This document shows, piece after piece, positions 8,575-16,324 of a stretch of DNA of 32,000 nt. The notes under the pieces were generated by a model. That model made no database searches and was not told the DNA's origin. It saw only the letters and a program-made list of their open reading frames with translations. Source of the stretch: Candidatus Poseidoniaceae archaeon (lineage in GTDB: Archaea; Thermoplasmatota; Poseidoniia; Poseidoniales; Poseidoniaceae); assembly GCA_943789275.1 (NCBI GenBank), contig CALSTM010000003.1, positions 360,001-392,000 of the forward strand, written 5' to 3'. A program made the translations under genes and the position numbers. Within the stretch, counting starts at the first letter, position 1. Each line of letters begins with the position of its first letter.

Positions 8575-9650
8575 CCCGACAGAACCGAGACAATCAAGGT
8601 GGCTCATCTTCGCGTAATAAAAACCGCTCGAATAAGAACCGTGATGGCCGGCGAAACAATCGACAGCGCCGTTACGGAAGCACCCTGAAATCCACACTTG
8701 AGGAACGTAATGCCTCGGAGATTGCTCGGATGGAGGAGCAGGCCCGTTCACGGTTTGAACAGTCGCCACTGCCGTTGGGTTTTCCAGAGGATACTCCAGA
8801 GCCCAAGACATTCTCGTTTGATTGGGCCACTGTACCAGTGCCTCTCAAGGATGAGGAGGCTATGGCTGGCAAAGTTATGCGCAAAGGCGAATTTGGTTGG
8901 CTTGAAGATGAACGCGTTGACCAAATTGCAGTTATTGCTGAAGGTTACAAGATGACGCTTGAGCAAGCCCTCTCACTCCGCTCCGCCCTGCTCCAGCAAA
9001 AGACGGTGTACGGCCACGGCCGATTACGCTCCCAAGGCAAAAACATGCTCCGCCTTTACAAAGAAGGAGTCAGTGTCGTCGACCTTTCGACTCGGTTTGA
9101 TTTTCCTCCAATGAATATTTTCAGAATTATTCTCACCGAGATGCGCTGGTCGAAATCTAAAATCAAAGAAAGTTTGCGACAGCCAAGCAAACTCAGCAAG
9201 CGTGAACGAACTGAATTTGAGGCGGCAGAAGCGGCTGACCGCGTTTCGAACGTCGATCAAGGTGAATCACAGGAACGGGCTGATTTGTTTGAAGACATAT
9301 TGGCTGATTGGTTTGAAGACCAAGGCGTGCGACTCCGCAGACAACCGGAAATGGTGAAGGAGCAAAAACAAGACTTAGGGCGGCCGGTTCGAACTCCTGA
9401 CATTCTCTTCTTGGACCACGTCGAGATTAACGGCAAGCCAGTTGCTTGGATTGATGCCAAGCACTTCTACGGTGCTGATGTTGATTTCCAACGAAAGAAA
9501 ATGGCGAAACAGATGACTCGGTATATCGAGGAATGGGGCAGTGGAGCCGTAGTTTATCGGCATGGTTTTTCGGCAAATCTCTTCATGCCCGGATGTACGC
9601 TTTTGGATGCGAATGTTTTGGACTTGTCAAAACTCGGCCCCGGGGAATAA
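8571..9650 (+). CDS. PD-(D/E)xK nuclease-like protein with TPD motif (CDIN1/C15orf41-like), basic low-complexity N-terminus
   Basis: The C-terminal region reads GRPVRTPDILFLDHVEINGKPVAWIDAKHFYGADV...WGSGAVVYRHGF. This gives PD then D-x-K 18 residues later, the restriction-endonuclease-like core. The helical region LYKEGVSVVDLSTRFDFPPMNIFRIILTE precedes it. The N-terminal 40 aa are R/N-rich (RNKNRSNKNRDGRRNNRQRR). Confidence 0.6.
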   Translation: MTRQNRDNQGGSSSRNKNRSNKNRDGRRNNRQRRYGSTLKSTLEERNASEIARMEEQARSRFEQSPLPLGFPEDTPEPKTFSFDWATVPVPLKDEEAMAGKVMRKGEFGWLEDERVDQIAVIAEGYKMTLEQALSLRSALLQQKTVYGHGRLRSQGKNMLRLYKEGVSVVDLSTRFDFPPMNIFRIILTEMRWSKSKIKESLRQPSKLSKRERTEFEAAEAADRVSNVDQGESQERADLFEDILADWFEDQGVRLRRQPEMVKEQKQDLGRPVRTPDILFLDHVEINGKPVAWIDAKHFYGADVDFQRKKMAKQMTRYIEEWGSGAVVYRHGFSANLFMPGCTLLDANVLDLSKLGPGE

Positions 9651-10667
9651 TCAGTGTATTCGCGTCTCGATGACGCCAAGGCCAGCGTTGCTTAACGACT
9701 CAGCAATTCGATCCAGTTCCTCAGATGAGAGGGGGCTGTCGAGCCGCCGAGGTAAAACGCATGCTGAAACCCCGAGCATGCATAATCGAACATTGACCCG
9801 GGCTTGTAAATCAAGTTTGAGAATTTCACTGCGAACGGTAGAGAGTAATTTTTTGCGAGCAGGTTCATCGAGTAATCCGGAGTTTTCACCAAAATTTCGC
9901 GACTCGAGCATCAAATCCGGCCATCTTTCGAAGTTCCAATCCTTGAGCTTTAATCGAGATACTGATCGTTCACCGGCTTCCGAAATAGAACGCTTCCATC
10001 CTTCATCGTCGATGTATTTTGAGGTGTGGCGACTTTCATTGGTTTGCCATGTGAGGAGAATGGGTTGTACGCTGGTAAAACTCACAACCTTTCCACCAGA
10101 ACCAGGCGCACCGGGTTGCAATCGCAGTTCCACGCCGTTTTTGGACATGCCAAGTACATCACCGAGCCCAGAACCGTGTTTTCGTTCGATACGGTGTGCT
10201 ATGCGAAGATATTGTTCTTCAGTACCTTTGCCAGTGATGGAGTAAAACCCTCGAGCGACAGCGAGTAGACCTGCAGCAGACATTCCAAAGCCTTGGCTTG
10301 TTGGAAGTTCAAGTTGCACTCGTATTCTGTACGAATCTGCCGGTGTGAGCAGCCGGGAGCTCCGCAACTCATTGACCAGGTCAACGTAAAGGAGTGAAGA
10401 ATTTTCTACTTCAACACCCTCCATGTTCACGACTTCGATATGAATCGCACCGTTCTCAACCGGTCCTGCCGGAACATCCAGTTCTGAACCTGCCGAAACG
10501 AGTGCACCGACTTCGGGCAAGTTTGTTGAGACATATTCGACCGTCGCCTCTACTCCCGTAGCGACGTTAAATCCGGCACCTCGACTTCCCTGGGAACGCG
10601 CTAAATGTGCGTCTTTCCAAATCGAAAACAGGAGCGTAATGTGCCCCCCGCATCGTTCCACTGCCAT
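9651..10667 (-). CDS. Pantoate kinase (archaeal CoA pathway, GHMP superfamily, COG1829-type)
   Basis: Motifs are GGHITLLF...GSRGAGFNV, the GHMP motif PTSQGFGMSAAGLLAVA, and KHGSGLGDVLGMSKNGVELRLQPGAPGSG, collinear with characterised Thermococcus pantoate kinase as I recall it. The track start at 10685 is TTG; the first ATG at 10667 gives MAVERCGGHIT. Confidence 0.75.
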   Translation of the reverse strand: MAVERCGGHITLLFSIWKDAHLARSQGSRGAGFNVATGVEATVEYVSTNLPEVGALVSAGSELDVPAGPVENGAIHIEVVNMEGVEVENSSLLYVDLVNELRSSRLLTPADSYRIRVQLELPTSQGFGMSAAGLLAVARGFYSITGKGTEEQYLRIAHRIERKHGSGLGDVLGMSKNGVELRLQPGAPGSGGKVVSFTSVQPILLTWQTNESRHTSKYIDDEGWKRSISEAGERSVSRLKLKDWNFERWPDLMLESRNFGENSGLLDEPARKKLLSTVRSEILKLDLQARVNVRLCMLGVSACVLPRRLDSPLSSEELDRIAESLSNAGLGVIETRIH

Positions 10668-10709
10668 GCCGTTCGACCCTACCAATAGCGGTTGAGTGAT
10701 GAACTCTCG

Positions 10710-11414
10710 CTACGATTCAAGACGGCTCAGTTTATTTCTACGAATCTTGACGGCTTCATTTCTCATTTCCTCGCCGATAATATCGTATCTGTCGTAATCT
10801 TCGAAAGCAGAATACTGCAACTCTTCAATCATGCAAGCGAACTTGTGACACAACATTCGAATATCCATCGGAATCAATTTTTCATCATCAATGCCCCTCC
10901 CTCTTCTTTCAGGTCCGTTCAAGTCGTACCCTTCAATCCAAACATGGTCTGTTTGGTCGTGGGCCAAGAAGAGGTCGAGCATAGGGAGGCGCCTCGCCGT
11001 GCTCACATCGTCCCGTAAACCGAGGGCCATTGAAACCAATTGGTCGCAAAAAGGCAGTTTTCGGTGTTCATAACTCACATCCAAACACAGCGTGCACCAA
11101 AGCCGTTCATGATCGTGCCAAGACAGTTCTTGTTCATAGGACTCTCCAACATTCACTTTTCCACGAAGTGTAGGTTCAACGACGATTACGAATCGGTTCT
11201 TTTCGATGCTTATGCCCATTGTCAACTCATAGATGCGTTGTGATAAACTGTGAATCGTCATTTCAATCACGATAACAGCCCTCTTGCCTTCCACATCGGG
11301 ATGTTCGGAACTGTGTATCTTCACCCAATCTTGGTTTTTACATATTGATTCCAACCATCTCATTGCTTTGTACTCGCTTGGTAGGAGTAAACAATATTTT
11401 TCAAGAGGCGTCAT
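10710..11414 (-). CDS. Hypothetical protein, co-oriented 24 nt upstream of pantoate kinase
   Basis: 234-codon ORF with an ATG start, a TAG stop and protein-like composition. No motif recognised. A TATA-like TTGAAATA lies about 22 nt upstream of the ATG, so the mRNA may be leaderless. Confidence 0.6.
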   Translation of the reverse strand: MTPLEKYCLLLPSEYKAMRWLESICKNQDWVKIHSSEHPDVEGKRAVIVIEMTIHSLSQRIYELTMGISIEKNRFVIVVEPTLRGKVNVGESYEQELSWHDHERLWCTLCLDVSYEHRKLPFCDQLVSMALGLRDDVSTARRLPMLDLFLAHDQTDHVWIEGYDLNGPERRGRGIDDEKLIPMDIRMLCHKFACMIEELQYSAFEDYDRYDIIGEEMRNEAVKIRRNKLSRLES

Positions 11415-11492
11415 ACTTATTGTGCATTCTACAGTATTTCAATACAACAACTTCAGCGAAGGGGTTTTGAGCCCCCCTTCCTTCACCACTCC

Positions 11493-12032
11493 ATGGCCCT
11501 TGAGATTGGTGATGCTGCACCAGAGTTTAATTTGAAGAATGCAAATGCGTCTGTAGGCGAATCCCGATTGACACTCGAGCAATCTCGAAAGCAGAATGGT
11601 CTCATTGTCGTCTTTGAGTGCAACCATTGCCCGTATGTCATTGCCAGTATTTCACGCTTGGAGTCAATGGCTGCAGATGCTGAATCAATGGGAATTGGTT
11701 TTGTTGGCATCAATTCAAACGACCCCGAGGTCTATCCAAACGATTCCTTTGAACACATGGAGAAAAGGGCTGAAAACATGTCCTATGCTTATCTTCATGA
11801 TGAAACGCAAACCGTTGCGCATGCATATGAAGCAAAACGAACGCCAGAGTTCTTTCTCTTTGACCAACATCTCAAACTCGTTTACAAGGGTCGGATGGAT
11901 GACTCACCGCGTGACCCCGCGCAGGTTCAGACCAACGAATTGCGAGATGCTGTCGATGCAATGTTGCGAGGAGATGCGCCGGTTGTTGCAGAAACTGAAT
12001 CCATTGGATGTTCTGTCAAATGGAAAGCCTGA
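11493..12032 (+). CDS. Thioredoxin-fold thiol-disulfide oxidoreductase (AhpC/TSA-redoxin-like)
   Basis: Redox motif FECNHCPYV (CxxC). Family-typical regions include RTPEFFLFD...LVYKGRMDD and the C-terminal IGCSVKWK. Confidence 0.8.
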   Translation: MALEIGDAAPEFNLKNANASVGESRLTLEQSRKQNGLIVVFECNHCPYVIASISRLESMAADAESMGIGFVGINSNDPEVYPNDSFEHMEKRAENMSYAYLHDETQTVAHAYEAKRTPEFFLFDQHLKLVYKGRMDDSPRDPAQVQTNELRDAVDAMLRGDAPVVAETESIGCSVKWKA

Positions 12033-12036
12033 GGTG
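12031..12036 (+). promoter_or_regulatory. Shine-Dalgarno (GAGGTG) for the Cys4 mini-ORF
   Basis: GAGGTG overlaps the upstream TGA and lies 5 nt before the ATG at 12042. Confidence 0.45.
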
Positions 12037-12041
12037 TGACA

Positions 12042-12170
12042 ATGTCAGGTTGTCGGCGTCAATGCGATTGGGACAAAAACATGGTCTGTCGCAGCTGTGG
12101 AATCGATTACAGTCTTCCGGATGATCCGGCGAAAAAGGATGTTGCCGATCCACCCACGGAAGAGGAATAA
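12042..12170 (+). CDS. Small Cys4 protein (42 aa), possible zinc-ribbon or redox mini-protein; below the ORF-track size cutoff
   Basis: Hand translation gives MSGCRRQCDWDKNMVCRSCGIDYSLPDDPAKKDVADPPTEEE. The pattern is CxxxC-x7-CxxC, with a good SD at ideal spacing. The TAA abuts the stop of the convergent Lrp gene. Confidence 0.5.
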   Translation: MSGCRRQCDWDKNMVCRSCGIDYSLPDDPAKKDVADPPTEEE

Positions 12171-12593
12171 TCAGTATTGTTCAAGAACCAGTTCGGTTGT
12201 TGTCGAAGCAATTTCGTTGGGTGCAGCAAGCCACATTTTGTCGAGCAACTTCCGCAAAGCCATCGTATCGTCAACGTGAACAAGTGCTACGAGGTCAGCA
12301 CTTCCTGAGACTTCATAGATGATTTCAATGCCTTCCCATCCGGTCACTTCTGAAGCAAAGGAACCAATTTCAGCACCTGGGGAGACCTTGATTCGGACGA
12401 GTGCAGTTAAACCGACACCGCCTTCGCGTACGGTATAGCCTCGGATTGTTCCGTCTTCTTCCATCTTACGAACGTGGGTTCGAACGGTACGCTCAGAGGC
12501 ACCAACCTCTTTTGCCAACTCGACATAGGACATTCTTCCGTTTGTTCGAAGTTGGGCGAGAATCGCTCGGTCTATTTCTGCTACTCGTGGCAC
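12171..12593 (-). CDS. Lrp/AsnC-family transcriptional regulator
   Basis: N-terminal HTH IDRAILAQLRTNGRMSYVELAKEVGASERTVRTHVRKMEEDGTIRGYT plus a C-terminal RAM-like domain. GTG start, with GGAGG immediately upstream on the minus strand. Confidence 0.88.
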   Translation of the reverse strand: MPRVAEIDRAILAQLRTNGRMSYVELAKEVGASERTVRTHVRKMEEDGTIRGYTVREGGVGLTALVRIKVSPGAEIGSFASEVTGWEGIEIIYEVSGSADLVALVHVDDTMALRKLLDKMWLAAPNEIASTTTELVLEQY

Positions 12594-12768
12594 AGCCTCC
12601 CCTACGGTTTAGAGTATATCAAATGACCTTCATGCCCTTTTCCGGCATTGCAGGGTGGAAAATAGCCGAAATATGGAATGAAATGGGAAAAACCGCCTTT
12701 CCTCGAATAGTTCACACGCCCCGTATGATTCAAAACCCGTCGTCCACTGGAATGATTCGGGGAACACA

Positions 12769-14019
12769 ATGTCTGGTCACATTACCGGTCTCGATGCGCG
12801 AATGATTCTCGACAGCCGCGGAAATCCTACCGTCGAGGTGGATTGCTATGTTGATGGTAATTTACTGGGTAGAGCGGCTGTTCCATCCGGTGCATCTACG
12901 GGTGCCTACGAGTCACTCGAAATGAGGGATGGAGACGCTTCGCGCTACCTTGGGAAAGGTGTTTCTCGGGCCGTTGAGAACATCACAGAGAAAATCGAAG
13001 AAGTTTTGCTGGGTATGCCGGTTGATGAGCAACGCATTCTTGATGAACTGATGATTGAACTGGATGGGACGCCAAACAAAGCAAATCTCGGAGCGAACGC
13101 CATGCTCGGCGTATCGATGGCGTGCCTGCATGCCGGCGCTGCAGTTCATGAGTTGCCTCTTTGGAAATACATCGGTGGAGTTGCAGGTGGCTTAATGCCC
13201 GTCCCAATGCTCAATATTCTCAACGGTGGAGCACACGCAGCATCGAATGTAGATGTACAAGAATTCATGGTGATGCCTCACGGATTTGACACCTTCGAAG
13301 AAGGATTGCGAGCCGGTGTAGAGACGTATCACGCTCTGAAAAAGGAACTCAAGGCGGACGGATTACTCGGAGGAGTCGGTGATGAAGGAGGTTTTGCTCC
13401 AAACTTGCCAGCCAATGAGGAGGGCTTGAAATACATGGTTCGTGCTATCGAAGGTGCAGGTTATTCTGTTGAAGAAATGGGGATTGCCTTGGATGTGGCA
13501 GCAACAGAATTCCACACTGAGGAAGGCTATCACATGGACGGTAAAGTCCTCTCAAGTGATGAATTGGTTGATGTATATTCGGGCTGGTTAGATGACTATC
13601 CAATACTTTCCATCGAAGATGGGTTTGATGAAGACGATTGGCGAGGATGGGCTACGTTCACCAAGCGTGAAGGGCACCGAGTTCAGTCCGTTGGCGATGA
13701 TTTGTTCGTCACGCAGTCTGAACGCCTAGCGCAGGGTATTGAACTGGGAGCGGCCAACGCCATGCTTGTCAAACTCAATCAGGTTGGGACAGTTACGGAG
13801 ACGCTGGAAGCAATGGATTTAGCCACTTCAAACGGTTACAACAATGTCATTTCGCACCGCAGCGGAGAGACTGAAGACGTGACCATCGCAGATTTGGCGG
13901 TTGGTACCCGAGCAGGCCAAATCAAGACAGGGGCACCTGCCCGTTCGGATCGAGTTGCCAAATACAACCAACTCTTGCGAATTGCAGAAGATGTTGATGA
14001 ATACCGCTCTCCGTTCTAA
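12769..14019 (+). CDS. eno: Enolase (phosphopyruvate hydratase)
   Basis: Full-length match to enolase motifs: ILDSRGNPTVEV, SGASTGAYE, VGDDLFVT, LVKLNQVGTVTE, ISHRSGETED, KTGAPARSDRVAKYNQLLRI. Confidence 0.97.
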   Translation: MSGHITGLDARMILDSRGNPTVEVDCYVDGNLLGRAAVPSGASTGAYESLEMRDGDASRYLGKGVSRAVENITEKIEEVLLGMPVDEQRILDELMIELDGTPNKANLGANAMLGVSMACLHAGAAVHELPLWKYIGGVAGGLMPVPMLNILNGGAHAASNVDVQEFMVMPHGFDTFEEGLRAGVETYHALKKELKADGLLGGVGDEGGFAPNLPANEEGLKYMVRAIEGAGYSVEEMGIALDVAATEFHTEEGYHMDGKVLSSDELVDVYSGWLDDYPILSIEDGFDEDDWRGWATFTKREGHRVQSVGDDLFVTQSERLAQGIELGAANAMLVKLNQVGTVTETLEAMDLATSNGYNNVISHRSGETEDVTIADLAVGTRAGQIKTGAPARSDRVAKYNQLLRIAEDVDEYRSPF

Positions 14020-14027
14020 AGGAAGTA

Positions 14028-14034
14028 TTTTTTT
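14028..14034 (+). terminator. Oligo-T tract (T7) 9 nt after the eno stop; candidate archaeal terminator
   Basis: The tattttttta run is directly downstream of TAA 14017-14019. Archaeal RNAP terminates at oligo-T. Confidence 0.4.
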
Positions 14035-14041
14035 ACAGTCC

Positions 14042-14047
14042 TTTATA
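14042..14047 (+). promoter_or_regulatory. TATA box (TTTATA) for the fasciclin-cupredoxin gene; implies a leaderless mRNA
   Basis: TTTATAGG lies 25 nt upstream of ATG 14072, and there is no SD in between. Confidence 0.45.
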
Positions 14048-14071
14048 GGGGGGTTGTGCAAACTCGCCCAC

Positions 14072-16036
14072 ATGAAGCGAGCACTAGCATCCCTGATTTT
14101 AGCCAGCCTACTGATGACGACTCTACCGCTCAATGCAGCAGCAGACGAAACCGATGACATACCGACGAATGCCGCAGCAACCGGAGCACACGATTCCTTA
14201 GTCGCCGCATTAACCCATGCAGACCTTGTCGAAACACTGCAAGGCAATGGACCGTTCACGGTCTTCGCCCCAACCGATGCAGCATTTGCTGCTGCAGGAA
14301 TCGATCTCGCTGATTTCGATACGGATGAGGAAAACGCAACACTTTCTGACATCCTCCTCTACCACGTCTACTCCGGCTCCGTCGCAGCAGCAGATGTCAC
14401 CGATGGTCTCACCGTAGCAATGGTCAACGGTGACGATGCAACTTTTGCTGTCGCAGCTGACGGTACGGTATCTGTTGGTGGCGCAACGGTCACCACCGCT
14501 GATGTTCAAGCCAGCAACGGTATCATTCACGTTATTGACGCCGTATTGACTCCTCCAGCAGACGCACCTACTCTTGACATACCTGCAACTGCACAATCAA
14601 CCGGTGTGCATACCGCACTGGTGGCAGCACTTACACAGGCCAATCTTGTCGGCGCACTGCAAGCCGACGGCCCGTTCACGGTCTTCGCTCCAACGGACGA
14701 GGCATTTACAGCGGCCGGAATCGACTTGTCAACATTTGACACGCCAGAAGAAAACGCAACACTTGCTGACATTCTCACCTACCACGTTTACTCTGGTGCA
14801 GTTCCTGCCAGTGCAGTTACAGACGGGCTAGCAGTCAACATGCTCAACGGCGACAAAGCAACCTTTGCAGTCAGCACCGACGGTGTGGTCAGTGTCGGCG
14901 GAGCAACCGTGACAACAGCGGATGTTCAAACGACCAACGGTATTATCCACGTCATCGACAAGGTACTCCTTCCACCACCGGGTGACATCTGTTACAACGT
15001 GGTCTCCCACACCATCGTAGCTGGAGCGTCCAACATCGAATGCAACTCCTACATGTACGTTGAGAACTACACCATGGGTGGTCAAACCATCACCGGGTGT
15101 TACAACACAGTTACTCACGCCGTCTCTGAAGTTAGCGCAGCAATCTGTGGCGCATACATGTGGACACCAGCTGTGAGCATCGCCATGACTGCAGGCGCTA
15201 CAACAATCCACGCCTCATTGGTCGCAGCACTCCAAACCGCGGACCTCGTCGCAACACTGAGTGGTACCGACGAGTACACTGTTTTTGCACCGACCGATGC
15301 AGCATTCGCTGCTGCGGGCATCGACCTTGATGCATTTGACACACCTGAAGAAATTGCAGCACTGGCCGACATTCTGCTCTATCACGTCGTAGCAGGTACG
15401 ACCCTGTCTACCGATTTGGCAGAAGGCGAAACTACAGTTTCAGCAGCCAACGGTGACGACTTGTTGATTCATGTCACAGGCTCTTCGGTTACGGTCGGCA
15501 CTGAGATGGCGAACGTCACCTTAGCGGATGTCCCAGCCAGTAACGGTGTCATCCACGTGATTGACAAAGTTTTGACACCCCCAGTCTCACTCCCCGATTG
15601 TGATGTTACCGTGGGTATTGCCCCAAGTGGTCTCAAGTTTTCCCCAGCAACTGTCAACATCAATGTTGGCGATACAGTTTGCTGGCAATGGACCGATTCG
15701 AGCATGGCGCACAACGTGCGTCAAGTCGATGGTGATCAATCCTCAACCTATGAGGCAAACGGAGTGACTTCTGGAGACGCAGCCACGACCGTCGACTTCC
15801 GTCACACCTTTGACGTCGACAGCACCACGTTTTACTACGCATGTGAACCGCATCTTGCCTCGAACATGTTCGGAAAGGTCATCGTAGGTGATGGCGGTGT
15901 GGTTGAAACAATCGTACCAGTTGACGATTCGAACGATGACGATGAAAAAGAAGAATCCGTTCCTGGATTCCTTGCAGTATTCTCGACCATCGCTCTGGTT
16001 GGAGCGGCGTTTGTTGCATCTCGCAGGAACGAGTGA
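14072..16036 (+). CDS. Secreted fusion protein: 3 fasciclin (FAS1) domains + Cys-rich insert + type-1 copper cupredoxin + PGF-CTERM anchor signal
   Basis: ORF 13901..16036 is trimmed to Met 14072 (MKRALASLILASLLMTTLPLNAAA signal peptide), because the longer form overlaps eno. There are three FAS1 units (GPFTVFAPTD.AF...NGIIHVID.VL.PP). Cupredoxin ligands are AHNV ... YYACEPHLASNMFGKV (C-x2-H-x4-M). The C-terminus SVPGFLAVFSTIALVGAAFVASRRNE is a PGF-CTERM signal. Confidence 0.88.
   Translation: MKRALASLILASLLMTTLPLNAAADETDDIPTNAAATGAHDSLVAALTHADLVETLQGNGPFTVFAPTDAAFAAAGIDLADFDTDEENATLSDILLYHVYSGSVAAADVTDGLTVAMVNGDDATFAVAADGTVSVGGATVTTADVQASNGIIHVIDAVLTPPADAPTLDIPATAQSTGVHTALVAALTQANLVGALQADGPFTVFAPTDEAFTAAGIDLSTFDTPEENATLADILTYHVYSGAVPASAVTDGLAVNMLNGDKATFAVSTDGVVSVGGATVTTADVQTTNGIIHVIDKVLLPPPGDICYNVVSHTIVAGASNIECNSYMYVENYTMGGQTITGCYNTVTHAVSEVSAAICGAYMWTPAVSIAMTAGATTIHASLVAALQTADLVATLSGTDEYTVFAPTDAAFAAAGIDLDAFDTPEEIAALADILLYHVVAGTTLSTDLAEGETTVSAANGDDLLIHVTGSSVTVGTEMANVTLADVPASNGVIHVIDKVLTPPVSLPDCDVTVGIAPSGLKFSPATVNINVGDTVCWQWTDSSMAHNVRQVDGDQSSTYEANGVTSGDAATTVDFRHTFDVDSTTFYYACEPHLASNMFGKVIVGDGGVVETIVPVDDSNDDDEKEESVPGFLAVFSTIALVGAAFVASRRNE
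14180..14975 (+). repeat. Internal duplication: FAS1 domains 1 and 2 (period 420 nt)
   Basis: The 17-mer ccgttcacggtcttcgc occurs at 14252 and 14672. The flanks are visibly similar at both nucleotide and protein level. Confidence 0.8.
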
Positions 16037-16324
16037 AGTTCTCCTTTAATGAAGAACAGATGGCAAGCGTCTGACAATTTGTCGCACGCTACAGCCTCCA
16101 GCTTGTCGACAGTTCAGGTGGTATGCATGCCACATGCCTCTACCCACACCCCTCGAGCGGACACTTAGAAATGCTCTTTGTGTTCGTTCGAGGGACCTTT
16201 ACTCGACCGTTCACGTTTCTCAATGTTCGATCTCTTCACGGTTACTCGAGGGAATTGGCTTTCCGAATACATCGTGTAAGCCGGCACATCAAAGAACAAC
16301 CTCCGCGTATTAACGTTGAGCATC

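Noticed and set aside
13901-14071. Upstream extension of the fasciclin ORF that overlaps eno by 119 nt.
   Set aside because: Met 14072 begins a signal peptide and has a TATA box 25 nt upstream. The extension would run through the eno terminator T-tract.
16044-16076. Possible box C/D sRNA (ATGAAGA ... CTGA).
   Set aside because: The C box has a mismatch, no C'/D' pair follows, and the spacing does not fit the roughly 12-nt guide architecture.
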